From: Eledone cirrhosa
Taxonomy: Eukaryota
Direction: 5' to 3'
Length of the DNA: 64,000 bases
Assembly: GCA_964016885.1 (NCBI GenBank)
Contig: OZ024742.1
Span: forward strand, 154,566,001 to 154,630,000
The notes beneath the pieces are model-generated. The model was not told where the DNA came from. It ran no database searches and saw only the letters and a list, made by a program, of their open reading frames with translations. Shown here piece after piece: positions 1 to 14,900 of the stretch (the first letter of the stretch is position 1; every line of letters starts with the position of its first letter). A program made the translations under genes and the position numbers.

Positions 1-1086
1 TCCCCTTGACCCATCGTCAGTTATTCATTTCGCCTCACTGCCTTCCATATCACTCGCATCAAACAAATCTAAATTTCGCAGGGCAGCCCCATACTATATC
101 ACAACCTTAAACAATAATGGCTCTTCGGAGAATGTCCTACTCTCCGGACTATACTCCTAAAACTAATAAGAAAAAGACCTAGGCATAGATCTAACTTCTG
201 GTTATTTCTTCTTTTCTCCTTGAATGTTAAATGCATGTAAAATCTCTTTTAGCCCTTATAGTTATGGATTAACCCATGGGACATAGATTCGACCATATTT
301 TTAAACGTCGTACCCGTAAAATTGCATAGTCGAGTACCAGAAATATGAAATCATGCGTTCTAAATAAATACCAGAAACTCCAGACATATGGATGTTCATG
401 TAAAACGCAAAGAGTGAGGCCCACTGGATCAGCAATGCAACACCCCAGCGATAATAAATGAAGCTGAAGCTTCTTCACTGAATCAATGTAGTCAGAAAGA
501 GACCTCGACATTGTACGCATGTCGGAGTTTCGTTGCAATACAATTGCATAAATCATGAAAAGACTTAAAACGAATAACACTGATTTGGCGAACGAAATAT
601 GGCGACTCTAGGACACGAACTGAAAGTGCTCTATTAAATAGAAGATACCTGAACAAGCTCAACCATACATCTGTTTGCAGATTATACAACGATGAGTGGT
701 TGTGGTTAATTAATAATCTTTATACCCGCTTAGAATACTTCTTTCGCATTTCCCATACCACGAAACATCTTCTAAGTCAATTATATCCACAGCAGCTAAC
801 TCTAAAAACAAATCCCTCCTATAGCTTAACTTAAGCTCTAGGCCCCTCTATTTTTTGATTTGGCCTACGTAGAATGTAACAATTTATTCATTAATTCTGC
901 AAGGGTTATACTACCCTGAGGTGTTCTTTCTTTAATTAGTTTCTATAATGTTCTTCCTACCCAATATCTTATTCACTCCTTTGATCGCACTCTTATATAA
1001 GCACTGATTCAGAATCTGTTTCAAACATCGAAATGCGTGCTCCAGTTGTATCTTCGCGTGCTCCTTTTTTAATATTGGTTTTAATG

Positions 1087-1088
<2 letters not shown>
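1..1088 (+). mobile_element. Decayed Penelope-like element (RT thumb, linker, GIY-YIG relic and 3' UTR); continues beyond the window start
   Basis: Manual translation across frameshifts gives ASNKSKFRRAA-PYYITTLNNNG, RKRPRHRSNFW..FSLNVK, FKRRTRKIA*SSTRNM, CSCK...PLDQQCNTPAII and NTDLANEIWRL. The motif order matches the better preserved PLE frames at 4140-4960 and 55800-56766. Ends in (TA)n. Confidence 0.7.
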
Positions 1089-1125
<37 letters not shown>

Positions 1126-1229
1126 CTTTTATTATCCTTAACACATAAGCGTCACTACCGTGATTGTGACAGATTTTGCAAATGCACGTTCACCAGCATG
1201 GTTTACATATAGGCATATAGGCAAGTCAA

Positions 1230-1289
<60 letters not shown>

Positions 1290-1358
1290 TATGAAGAGAG
1301 AAGAAACATTTAGATATAATTAGTAATAAAATGTATCATACCAAAACTGCTCCTAAAT

Positions 1359-1448
1359 TCCTCGACTACGTAGTTTCGTGGCATAAACAAAAACAATATA
1401 TCATAAAGATATAGAGTCCTTGCGAGGTCTGCCGACTTATCAAGAGGA
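1359..1448 (-). ncRNA. Type I hammerhead ribozyme motif, U3-A8 core variant (inverted copy)
   Basis: Reverse complement of 1879-1968. Confidence 0.65.
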
Positions 1449-1878
1449 TACCTCATTTTACTAGTCTCAAGAACGCGTCTACACGACGTGAGAAAGAATC
1501 CCATTCATTGAGCAACATCGGTGAAGTTGGCACCCTTAACTCACAGTTGGGTGCGGATGCATTCATGTATATATGTGTGTGTCCGCATGTATCTGTGTGT
1601 TTCTAAATATATTGTTAATAACTCCCTCTGGTCGAGCAATCTTTGAAGTGTGGGGACAGCTGGAAAGCTTCCATTACTCATACTTCTCGCCTTCTTCACC
1701 ACCTCTTCTACGGCCTCGATATAAATACCCCCTGCGCCTCCGTGGTATTTTCTTCGGGGTTATAAGAGGCTTAGCTCTGTTTCTCGACCGTTATATCGCG
1801 TGACTATCTCCCCCTCCGCCTTTTGGGATTCTTTCTCACGTCGTCTAGACGCGTTCTTGAGACTAGTAAAATGAGGTA

Positions 1879-1968
1879 TCCTCTTGATAAGTCGGCAGAC
1901 CTCGCAAGGACTCTATATCTTTATGATATATTGTTTTTGTTTATGCCACGAAACTACGTAGTCGAGGA
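1879..1968 (+). ncRNA. Type I hammerhead ribozyme motif, U3-A8 core variant
   Basis: TCCTC-[TTGATAA]-long stem II (GTCGGCA...TGCCAC)-[GAAA]-CTACGTAG (palindromic stem III)-[TC]-GAGGA. Confidence 0.65.
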
Positions 1969-2201
1969 ATTTAGGAGCAGTTTAGGTATGATACATTTTA
2001 TTACTAATTATATCTAAATGTTTCTTCTCTCTTCATAATGTATTTTTAACTCTGATACTGGTTCAGTCTAGTTCAACTGAATTGGTCTGTCCCAGTCATT
2101 CATTGAGCAACATCGGTGAAGTTGGCACCCTTAACTCACAGTTGGGTGCGGATGCATTCATGTATATATGTGTGTGTCCGCATGTATCTGTGTGTTTCTA
2201 A

Positions 2202-2255
<54 letters not shown>

Positions 2256-2259
<4 letters not shown>

Positions 2260-2410
2260 ACAACAAGTATGAGTCCAGAAATAGCCTTCGAAAGGGCCTG
2301 AGCTCTGCCGTCGGGATCATACTTTTTCCTATTTCCCACTATGCTACACTAAGTATCGAGTACTCTGGTGCTTATGGTCCATCTGGTTCCTTACCACAAT
2401 TCCTTTGTTT
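2256..2410 (+). mobile_element. Short (TA)n-flanked repeat family, copy 1 of 4
   Basis: Shares TAGCCNTCGAAANGGC..GAGCTCTGCCGTCGGG.TCATACTTTTTC and the downstream tail with 29666-29833, 30821-31155 and 55201-55347. Confidence 0.7.
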
Positions 2411-2444
2411 TATATATATATAAATAGATAGATAGATAGATACA

Positions 2445-3490
2445 TAAATTATACAGTTATCAAAGTTGTGTTCAAATCATTTAATAGCTGACAATCGTTT
2501 CTTCCAAACTCTCGTATGGAATCATCGGAGTGTTATCCCTATGTTCACATATAATTAACCTCCTATTCAACTTAACAATAATATAGATACATATAAATTG
2601 ATATTGTGAGCAACAATTTCGTATTTACAGGGTGGAATGGATGTGACATATATTTTACGAGAATTGTACAATAATTGTACAAATATAGTCTATGAATATG
2701 AATTCATTAAGACTAATTTACAATCCATTGCTCTAACTCACTTAAAACATTCAATATAAATATTAACTAAAATAAATTTTATTCAACATATTTCATGGAA
2801 AAGTCTGCAAAAATCCTCTTTCTCAATACTCATTAATTCGAACACTCTCAACATTCAACATCCACCATAGATTCTAATACATTAACATATTCGCTAAAAG
2901 TGCAGTATTTATTCATCTATATATGCATAATAGCTTTGGGTGTCTCCTTCTCATGTATATGACTTACGCAGTTGCACTATCCACACGCCCGCACATGAAT
3001 TGTTAATGCACTCTTCCTTTCTCAAAACTACATTCCCATTGCCTCTTTAACAATTGGACTATTCTCTTGTTTTATCTGTTGCATGTATTCGACTCCGTGC
3101 TTTTGATTTGAATTTGAATTTGAATTTGAACATGAATGTTTGTACTATTAGTGTACAATTCTCGTAAAATATATGTCACATTCATTCCACCCTGTAAATA
3201 CGAAACTGTTGCTCACAATATCAATATATATGTATCTATATTATTGTTCAGTTGAATAGGAGGTTAATTATATGTGAAAATATTCATAATACTCCGATGA
3301 CACCATACGAGATTGTCAGCTATTAAATGATTTGAACACAACTTTGATAATTGTATAATGTATTTATTTTCCTGCTCTGTATAACAACTGATGTTCAAAC
3401 ATTGAGCTATTTATCTAACTGGTAATAAGGTAATACGAAATTACTGACATTCCTGTTTATAGTTGTTTATACTATATACATAACTAATAA
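2445..3490 (+). mobile_element. PLE 3' UTR derivative with inverted terminal arms
   Basis: About 2445-2680 is the reverse complement of about 3150-3360. Same family as 3770-4125, 5795-5983, 24490-24575 and 39900-39990. Confidence 0.7.
2486..2533 (-). ncRNA. Type I hammerhead motif, CCGANGA core variant
   Basis: Minus strand reads CACT-[CCGATGA]-TTCCATAC..GTTTGGAA-[GAAA]-CGATTG-[TC]-AGCT. Stem I is weak. Confidence 0.5.
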
Positions 3491-3514
3491 TAGTATTATT
3501 ATTATATATATATA

Positions 3515-3699
3515 ACGGTTGATTGGCAGTATCGGTAGAGGGTCGAACGCCATACTTTGCAGAAGAGTTACGTCCCTTTACGGACTGAGTTCAAATCCCG
3601 CCGAGGTTAACTTTGCCTTTCATCCTTACGGGGTCGATAAAATAAAATACCAGTAATACACTGGAATAATTGCTGGCCTTGTGCAAACAGGTAGAAACA

Positions 3700-3705
<6 letters not shown>
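3515..3705 (+). mobile_element. tRNA-derived SINE with a Nin/Deu-like central domain
   Basis: A-box-like TGGCAGTATCGG, B box GAGTTCAAATCC, then GCCGAGGTTAACTTTGCCTTTCATCCTTACGGGGTCGATAAAATAAA.TACCAGT and an (ATT)n tail. Several copies occur in the window. Confidence 0.85.
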
Positions 3706-6094
<2,389 letters not shown>

Positions 6095-6329
6095 ATGTGT
6101 GTGTGTGTGTGTGCATAGACCCCGACAACGGAGTAAAATGGTACAACATCACCCGTGCGCCCACGACAGTGCTGTATAGATGTAGTCCATCTTCAAGCTT
6201 TATGTACCCATCTTTGATTATTTTTCTTAGTCAAAACACGTTGATGCTTCTTTCAATTTCAGAAACTTGCTATCGATCAACGATTCTAAGATTAGTTTGT
6301 ATATATATATGTGTATATATAGAGAGATG

Positions 6330-6665
6330 TAGATATATGGCAAAAGAGTCTACAGAGGCAAGTACAACTTGATCATCAACTGTTAATATGTATGTACAAA
6401 GATTCCAACGCTAACTGCATTACTACAACAATACCCAGTGTCTAACAAGATAGAGTAGAATTTTGTGAAATTATATGATGAGGACGACGTTTTGGGGGCA
6501 TTCAAGATTTGACGTTTAAGTCGAATAATACTTGATAAACATGAATAGATCGATGGAGATATGATGACTGGCACAGAATAAATGTTGGCCTAGAAGAAAT
6601 AACGTATGGATGTGCGGCAGCACCGAGGATAAAGAAACAGTCAACAGTTAGAAGAGGAGATAGAT
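6330..6665 (+). mobile_element. Possible highly decayed RTE-type LINE 3' fragment
   Basis: Only scattered residues resemble the RTE C-terminus (FQR.L, VSN, RRFGG); many stop codons. Confidence 0.25.
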
Positions 6666-6710
6666 CATGATAAAAGTGCAAACATTTCAACACACTCACA
6701 CTCACACACG

Positions 6711-6783
<73 letters not shown>

Positions 6784-6794
6784 GCACACACACG

Positions 6795-6874
<80 letters not shown>

Positions 6875-6913
6875 TATACATATATATGTATATATATATA
6901 TATTTATTTATAT

Positions 6914-6994
<81 letters not shown>

Positions 6995-7000
<6 letters not shown>

Positions 7001-8640
7001 AAATAACAGATTAAAGTTTAAGCAAAGAATCGCTGCTTTCACCCTTAACGGGATCTTCTGAAACAAACCTATTATTAATATATATATATATATATATATA
7101 TATAAAGAGCGGGACAGAGAGAGAGATATAGGAGAGAGATAGAGAGAGAGAGAGAGACAAGTCTGCTAGTAGCCGATATTTAGGATAAAGTTATATCCGT
7201 ATAAGTACAGAGTGTGTAACCGAGGGTGCACTACCGTGTATAAACATACACATATATCTAATATGAAGGCATGGAAACATACGAAAAAATACGAATTTCA
7301 GAGTAAAGTGAACAAAATGATAAATATATTTAATCAATTTTCGGAACTAATTGAACCCTAACAGAAGACGTGTATATTATTTCATTAACCACACTGAAAA
7401 CTGTCGCTGACAGATATACATGCACATTCACTCTTTGAATTATTCTGAAAAGGGCGTGCAAATTCACATAGATTTAGCGCTAGTGCTGGTAATTAATTAA
7501 AGTATACTAGGAGAAAAACCAAATACGGGTGGTTTTCTGCTGGCATGTGTGGTGTGTATATTGATATTATACGCAATTATATATACATGTAGATATGAAT
7601 ACATCAAATAGAATCGTAATTGACAATATAAACAGAAATTGTACGAAGACGTTGTTGCACTGTCTTATGTAATCAGTAACGTAATCCATGATACATTAAA
7701 AAAAGACGATATTATATATAAACTGCATTAGGAGAAAATTAGTGACAGATAATTAGTATATTTATTTAAGTGATCGCCACCGGAAGTGTTGATATCACAC
7801 ACTCTCTCTTTCTATATATATAGTAGTTGAAGTGTTGGTGGTGACAACGATATACCGGATGTGCAACTTTGAAAATAAGTCAATTTTAAATTATGTATTT
7901 TTACGAAATTATTTTTGTTTACGAAATTTAGTAGATCAATTATGTAATATCCATTCATTATTTATTTAAATTGTCAGTGTCGGTAGTGGGTCGGATGCCA
8001 TGCTTTGACGTATATAGTTAGGGCCCTTGCCATTCTGAGTTTAAATCCCGCCGAGGTTAACTTTGCCTTTCATCCTTATTGGGTCGATAAAATAAAGTAC
8101 CAGTAATCTACTGATGAATTGCTGGCCTTGTGCCAAAAGTAGAAACAATTATTTATTCAAAGTAATCGAACTTATTTTACTAACGGGATAAAAAAAAACG
8201 TACGCAGTCCCGCAGACCTTCCTTTATTATAGTTTATATAGTTAGAAGTGGGCCATCAGCCGAAATGTATGAAAAAGTGTAAGTTATATATGTATAAGTA
8301 TAGTGTGTAACCGAGATTCCACAGACGTGTACAAATATATACACATATCTAATATATATAGGTACGCCCGGCCGACTAACTCACTCGATATGTAAATTAG
8401 GCTGCTCAGCCGTTAATATCCATAAGGAAAAATATATACTTTCAAACGTTCAATCATCTGACAGGAAGGTATACGATGCTGACGATAGCTATTAAGCTTG
8501 AAGCTAGTTCATCGCTCCTTTGTCAGTGGTGAACAAAAGAGCAACGATGGTTGCCGAACAATGTACGGCTTAATTCGGGCTGTTTGTTTACAAACAAACC
8601 GAACATTATAATAAATGTCGGTAAACCCATACGTACATAT
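6995..8640. repeat. Non-coding unit with diverged paralogous pieces elsewhere in the window
   Basis: 7510-8235 matches the reverse complement of 33980-34528. 8361-8640 matches the reverse complement of 53405-53680. 6995-7050 matches the reverse complement of 54460-54520. 7205-7510 is more weakly similar to 30212-30500. Confidence 0.7.
7968..8152 (+). mobile_element. tRNA-derived SINE (same family as 3515-3705)
   Basis: GAGTTTAAATCCCGCCGAGGTTAACTTTGCCTTTCATCC...GTCGATAAAATAAAGTACCAGT...GCTGGCCTTGTGCC..AGTAGAAACAATT. Confidence 0.85.
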
Positions 8641-8842
8641 ATATATACATACTACTGTACGTCTGTATACATATATGTGTGTACGTATAAATATATATAT
8701 ATATATATATATGGAAAGTTATATTTAAAATTGTTGGGTTACAACTAGTATATATTTATGACTGATATAAAAGCACTCGACAAATATTTGGAGTATATTT
8801 ACAATATTAAATAAATGGAAACTATATTTATAAAACCATATT

Positions 8843-8908
8843 TATTTCATTATATATATTTCGGGGATATCATATTAACAATATGCTATGCCTTCCTCAG
8901 ACAAAATA
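8843..8908 (-). ncRNA. Type I hammerhead ribozyme motif (inverted copy)
   Basis: Reverse complement of 10435-10500. Confidence 0.75.
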
Positions 8909-10434
8909 CAATATAAACAGTTTTATAGATAAATAGATTCGACATACCGTAACAACACCGACTTCTTTATACTAAATTCTAAAAATTCCCTTAATCTACG
9001 GACAAATTTATTCAGTTGTTGCAAACATAGATTAAACTCAACGTTTAAATATAAATTTAAATTTAAAATCTAGTATATTTAGTTTGATTTATATTTATAT
9101 GGGAAACTAGCCGATAAATCTTTGATTCCTTCTTTTTATTCTTTTTTATTGTTTATTTTTATTTTTTATTTTTATTTTTATTTTATTTTTATTTTTATTT
9201 AAACATTCCTCATGAAAAATTAAGCTACCCTAAAAGCTGATGCTCCAAATATTTTGAATAAACCTTACACTAGATAAACTTCTATATTAAATATAGGAAC
9301 ACATGTAGACCAAATTGGGCATCATAAACTTTTTGAAATGATCTTTGCTAGATGTGATTTGATAGATAATTTTTGGCTTTGTCTGTTTTTCGACTCTGAT
9401 GCTTATAATGAACTTGGCAATATATTGTCAATTAATTTTGAAGGGTTGATCTTTGTGGTTTATTTTTATTTTTTATTATTGTAGTATTTTCTAATATTTT
9501 TTATTTTTATTTTTAATATCTTTAATATGTAAATTTTTTAATATGTAATATTTTTAATATGTAATATTCTTTCGTAATATTTTTTTAGTTTTCTATTTTA
9601 TTATTACTTATTATTATTATCGTTATTTTTTTAGTTTTGTTTCTGATATATATTTTTATTAGTATATTGAAATCTGCTCTCTATTTCTGCTTGATAGATA
9701 ATCTTGTAGAGTAGAGACAGGAATAATAATACACATATATGTATACTCAAATACCACATTGAGAATGTTTTCCGTAATCCTAGAGTTTGCAGAGTTGATC
9801 ATGTGGATTCACATGGATGTTTGTAGCTATCACATAAACATATGAATTTTTTAAAAAACTAAACATAAGATAATTAATTTTCACACACTATGGATACTTG
9901 TCTCATTCAGGAATACTGATATTTACAATATAGTGGAAGTTTTATAAATACTAATACATTAAAACATAGGCTTTTTACGCCTCGAATATATCTGGCTATT
10001 TTAAAATCTTTTCTCTCGCTATTTTTTTCTCTCTATATTTTTTTCTCTATATATATATCTCCCTTACATTAATACTAGAGCTAAATAAATAAATAAATAA
10101 ATAAATGTATCATTGATACATTTACTCAACTGACCTCCCACTACCTAATTTTCTATATATATATGTATCTATCTCTATTTCCTCTCTCTCTATATATATA
10201 TATATCTTTCTGTTTCTTTACATGAAGTTCTTCTCTTTATCTATCTTTCCATCTCTCTATTTTGTTCCATGCATTTCTTCTTTTTCTTCCTTTTCTCCGT
10301 TTTCTGTCTTTCTTTCTTTTTTCTCTTTCTTTCTCTCTGTGTAAAATTTGTTCACTGCCGGTTAACTTCTTCAAATGCAAGTCGGTGTTGTTACGGTATG
10401 TCGAATCTATTTATCTATAAAACTGTTTATATTG

Positions 10435-10500
10435 TATTTTGTCTGAGGAAGGCATAGCATATTGTTAATATGATATCCCCGAAATATATATAATGAAATA
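10435..10500 (+). ncRNA. Type I hammerhead ribozyme motif
   Basis: TATTTTGT-[CTGAGGA]-stem II containing CATATT/AATATG-[GAAA]-TATATA-[TA]-ATGAAATA. Confidence 0.75.
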
Positions 10501-10532
10501 AATATGGTTTTATAAATATAGTTTCCATTTAT

Positions 10533-10570
<38 letters not shown>

Positions 10571-11471
10571 CCATACATATAAACCTACATGTTCAATCCT
10601 ATATATTTATATACATACAAATCTGAAACACACATACCTACATATATGCATACAAGAATGCATATTTGCACGCATACATACATATGGATACTTATGTATC
10701 TTCATATATTTGTTTCTATGGAAATACTGCTGACTTACCTACTGAATCTATTTACACAGCAGTTGCACTATGTATCGCATACAAACTTACGGCAACAAAC
10801 AAAACAACAATGCTAAACCAACGCTGCTATCACATCAAGTGTAAAGATTAAAATCCATTGATGGGGATTATTAATCAGTTTACTGACAATCTATTATAAA
10901 ATTATTCATTGCAAATAGGAAACGCGTACCGAAAGTGACTTATATGACATAGATTATAGTTGATGGCCTTGTTGTTGGTGATTCTGGTAGCGTTATTGTT
11001 GGTGTGAGAAGACTGGTAGAGCAAATGAAATACTAAACATGGCGCCGTGTATTTGGATTTATTTTGCTTTTGTTTATTAAATTCATATAGAACGAAGTTG
11101 TTATTATGTTAAGATGTCAGAAATTATAGTAGGATTCTTACATACACAAATTTAGTGTCTATTCTATAGTGTAGTTTTGTCAGATATGAGTCATTGTTAG
11201 ATGTGAATACGTCTGATAATATTGTTTGGTGCGCGTGCGTAGTGTTCGTGTGTCTCTAACTGTATGTATACGCATATTTTTATGTGTGCCTCTATGTATT
11301 CATCTGTGTGCGAGAGTGAGCATGTGTAAGGATTATGCTTATAAGTAAGCGTGCGTGAGGATATTTGTATGGGTGTCTTTATGAGAAACGAGAACCAAAT
11401 GGCGAAGCAGAAAACGAAAAAAGAAATGAATAATGATAAGTATAACACATCTAATAATGATAATAATAATG

Positions 11472-11517
<46 letters not shown>

Positions 11518-11519
<2 letters not shown>

Positions 11520-11873
11520 TGGATGTGGCCTGCCCATTCGACACGAGAGTGCAAGAGAAGGATAGGGAGAAAATTAACCGATACCAGGACTTAAAGTGGG
11601 CGGTAAAAAGGATTTGGAACTGCCATGAAGTCAAAGTGATCCCGATTGTCATAGGCACACTAGGGACTATCTCAAAAAGTTTCCAGGGATGGTTAAAGAA
11701 AATTGGCCCCTTCACGCTTTTTGGAACGCTTCAAAAGGCATGCTTGCTGGGAACAGCAAGAACCCTCCGATACGTTCTGAATATCTGAGGCTGCAGGTAG
11801 TGGTTTGATATTCATTTCAACAAACTTTCCAGTTAACTAACATCAATGACTGAGACTCAAAGAGTAATAACAA

Positions 11874-11875
<2 letters not shown>
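11518..11875 (+). mobile_element. 5'-truncated R4/Dong-clade LINE copy
   Basis: Near-identical to 22108-22455 (VDVACPFDTRV...RYVLNI plus 3' UTR). (TAA)n on both sides. Confidence 0.92.
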
Positions 11876-11940
<65 letters not shown>

Positions 11941-11942
<2 letters not shown>

Positions 11943-14900
11943 TTTCTTTATTGGCCACAAGGGCTTACATCAAGAAAAACATCACAGACGGAACAGGACG
12001 GTACGATGTGGGTTATGTGCGTGTAAATATTTTTATTATTTATATAAGAAAAGAAAAAGGACATTAAACATATATATATATAAACAATAAAATGAAAATT
12101 GAAACAATGAAAAATTCCCCAATAGGGGGGAAACCTCCGAGGGTTACTCGTGGCGAAAACCACAGAAAAGACCACGGCCACGCTGACTACCAGGGCAAGC
12201 GCCCTCTCTCAATTTTTCCATCTGTCAGACTACAGACGTATATTCAGAGTGGTTCATTCGGACCATTCTCGCTACATTCACCCACCTTTCAACAAACTTG
12301 CTAGAAAGCAGCACTTGCCTCTCCACCCTGATTTTCCACTTCAAGTGAAACTTGAAAAAGTTAATCAGGGATTCGGCGAAGAGGAATGTGTTTGTATTTA
12401 ATCCTTTTAACCTTGCCACCACACACTCTCTTTCGCCATGGCCACCAGGCAGATGAAAACCGCCTGCCCTTCCTCCTCAAAGGAAGACGGTGAGACCATC
12501 TGCACAATGGACTCAGTCGACAACCGGATCAGTCTCACACGTGACAGCAACTGTTCGACATAGCTCGACAAGTCAGCAATGCTCGGGCACTGAACGAGTG
12601 CGTGCACAACGGTTTCGTCGCTATGCGTGCATCTCGGACAGGCTCGGCTGACGGCACTTCCGTGCCTGTAGAGCTTATCTAGAACCGGCAGCTCTCCCCG
12701 GTAACACTGCCAGGCCAGGGATTTTGGGAAGTTATCCATAGGCCCCAGGTTAAAAGTTCTCCGGAAGAGAGCAAGCAGCTTATCTTCTTCGACGCCCAGG
12801 ATCTCTCCGAGAACGTCGTCGCTCTTCCCCTCCACTAGTCCTCTATAGAAGGCCGAGGTGGATGTTCCACCGATACTGGTGCCCAACTGGGAGAGGGCAG
12901 TGAGCGCCTGAAGACATTCCAGTTTCCAATCACTATCCTTCGGTCTTTTTCTGACCCAGGACTGCAGCTCCGTCAAGGAGACGAGCTGTGGGAAAATGTG
13001 CCTGGCGAACGGCGACCACACACGTTCACTATCAAGGAAGCACCAGAGATGTCGCAGCCTCAGCGCATGTTTGCGCATCATCAGCCATGGCATGCCCAGT
13101 CCTCCAGGCAACGGGTGGTGACAGCAGATGGATCGTCTAACCATGGGAGCGCGTCCCTTTCACAAAAAGAGGGAGAGGAGGCGCTCCATTTTGGTGAGAG
13201 TTGGGCTGGAGCAAGGGACGACGGTGAGGCGGTAGCAGATGACGGATGCGATGTACGCATTCGCCACTTCCGCCCGGCCTTTCGGGGACAGCTTCCTCTC
13301 AGTCCATTTCTGAGTGAGGGAGGCCACCCTGCTCGTCACCTCGTTCCAGTTTTTCTCCATCTGGAGGTCTGGTCCGAACCAGACCCCGAGCAATTTAACC
13401 GGTCCTTGCGTCCAACGCCCCACGACGCTGTCGGACGGCATGGACTTGCCTCTCCAGGTGCCTAGCTGCAAGCCCACCGACTTTTGCTGGTTAATCTTTG
13501 CTCCTGTCACCGTTTCGTATTCCTTGAGAGCGGTGCCGAGCATCTGGACGTGTCTGGTGCTCGACACTACCACGGTGACGTCGTCCGCGTAAGTCGACTC
13601 GGATTTCCCGCATCCTAGTTCGCGTGGGACGCCCCTCATCGCCCCCAGTTTGTGCAGTAACGGCTCGAGAGACAATACGTACAAGAGGGACGAGAGGGGA
13701 CAACCCTGGCGGACTGAGCGCACGATGCTGAACGGCTGCGACAGGTGACCGTTCACCCTCACAACTGAGCAGATGTCGCTGTATATTGCTGCGATCCAAC
13801 GCCTGAAAATGGGCCCGAAACCGGCTGCCTCGTGGACCGCGCCGCCAGGTACCGATGGTCGACCCTATTGAATGCTTTGGATTGATCCAAGTTGATCAGG
13901 GCCCCACCCTTGCCAGGTTCGTTAACCACCCTCTCTATGATGTATCGCATGAGGTGGAGGTTGTCGTGTATGGATCTGTCCGGGATGGCGCATGTCTGTG
14001 CCTCTCCCACCAGACCCTTGACGACAAGCGCCAACCTCGTTGCTAACAACCTGGCCAAAATCTTGAACTCTGCGTTTAGCAGAGTTATGGGCCTGAAATT
14101 ATCAATAACATCCCCCTTGTTCGGGTCTTTTCTCAGCAGCGCCACTGCTCCCCGGCTCACAAACTGGGAATGCTCCCGTTCTGCTGCCAGTTGCAGTAGA
14201 CGTCTGCCAAGAGGTAACCGAACAAGTCTGGCATAAATGCATAAAGCTCGTAGGGCTGTCCATCTAAACCTGGCGATTTACCTCTTGTGCAGTTAGCCAT
14301 CGCTTCCCGTATTTCACCGGCTGTTATTGGCTTTTCGCAACACAGTGCTGCGGTCGTCGAGAGCCAAGGCAGTCCGTCGAGGTATGCACTGGAGTCCATG
14401 TCCCGATCCGGGCCGCCGCCCCTCTCGAACAGTTCAGCAAAGTGCTGCTGAAAAGCTTCACACATCCGCTGGGGTTCGAGCATCACGCACCCGTTTTGGT
14501 CAGACAGAGACCGAATTGTGGCTTTATTGCCACGTCGCGCCTATGCCACCCGGGTCCATTGGACGGCTTTCGGCCCCTCGTGTTTCAGAGCACGCGCTCT
14601 AGCTCTGACAACGCAGCTTTCGTGTTTATCGTTGAAGAATTGGTCGAGTGCCAATCTCGCCGCAAGCACGTCGGTTGCGATACCTATCCTAAACGCCTCT
14701 TCTAGCTTTCTGACTAGCTCTCCCTCTACTCTATTTTCCTCTATCACTACTCCTTTGCTAAACCTAATCGACTCTACTTTAATTGCCCTTTTAAGGGCGA
14801 TCCACCCCCTGTTGTTGACGACCGCTCCTGTCAACGCCCGCTTAACTAATACGCTAATCCGGTCTCTGTAGGCTTTGCGCGCCGGGAAAGACGCGTTCAG

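Larger units (their letters stand above)
1285..2207 (+). mobile_element. Non-coding PLE-type mini-element with an inverted 3' copy and a partial tandem repeat
   Basis: 1285-1503 is the reverse complement of 1825-2042, and 1504-1612 is a direct copy of 2099-2207. (TA)n flanks both sides and each arm has an HHR motif. Confidence 0.75.
8712..10540. mobile_element. PLE-type insertion with inverted HHR-bearing arms and a decayed AT-rich interior
   Basis: 8803-8965 is the reverse complement of 10378-10540. (TA)n lies outside both ends. Confidence 0.7.

Noticed and set aside
405-440. In-frame TGA near the CPL..C motif, raising the idea of a selenocysteine-coding PLE
   Set aside because: The TGA is not at a Cys position and the copy is full of other lesions. 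The better copies (about 4520 and 56345) show no TGA at these positions, and no SECIS is evident.
1000-1045. Hammerhead-like remnant AGCA-CTGATTC...GAAA-TGCG-TGCT at the end of the first PLE
   Set aside because: Core and cleavage site are too corrupted to call, although the position is as expected.
1310-2017. Pair of near-identical 64-aa ORFs on opposite strands (likewise 62136-62318/63389-63634 and 61708-61953/63675-63860)
   Set aside because: By-product of the inverted repeats; no domain features and weak starts.
3515-3605. tRNA gene
   Set aside because: Only Pol III A/B boxes of a SINE head; no cloverleaf, and it is followed by the SINE body.
6120-6300. Possible PLE C-terminal relic on the minus strand (KLKEA..., EDGLHL)
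   Set aside because: Too few residues and no HHR or inverted arm to support it.
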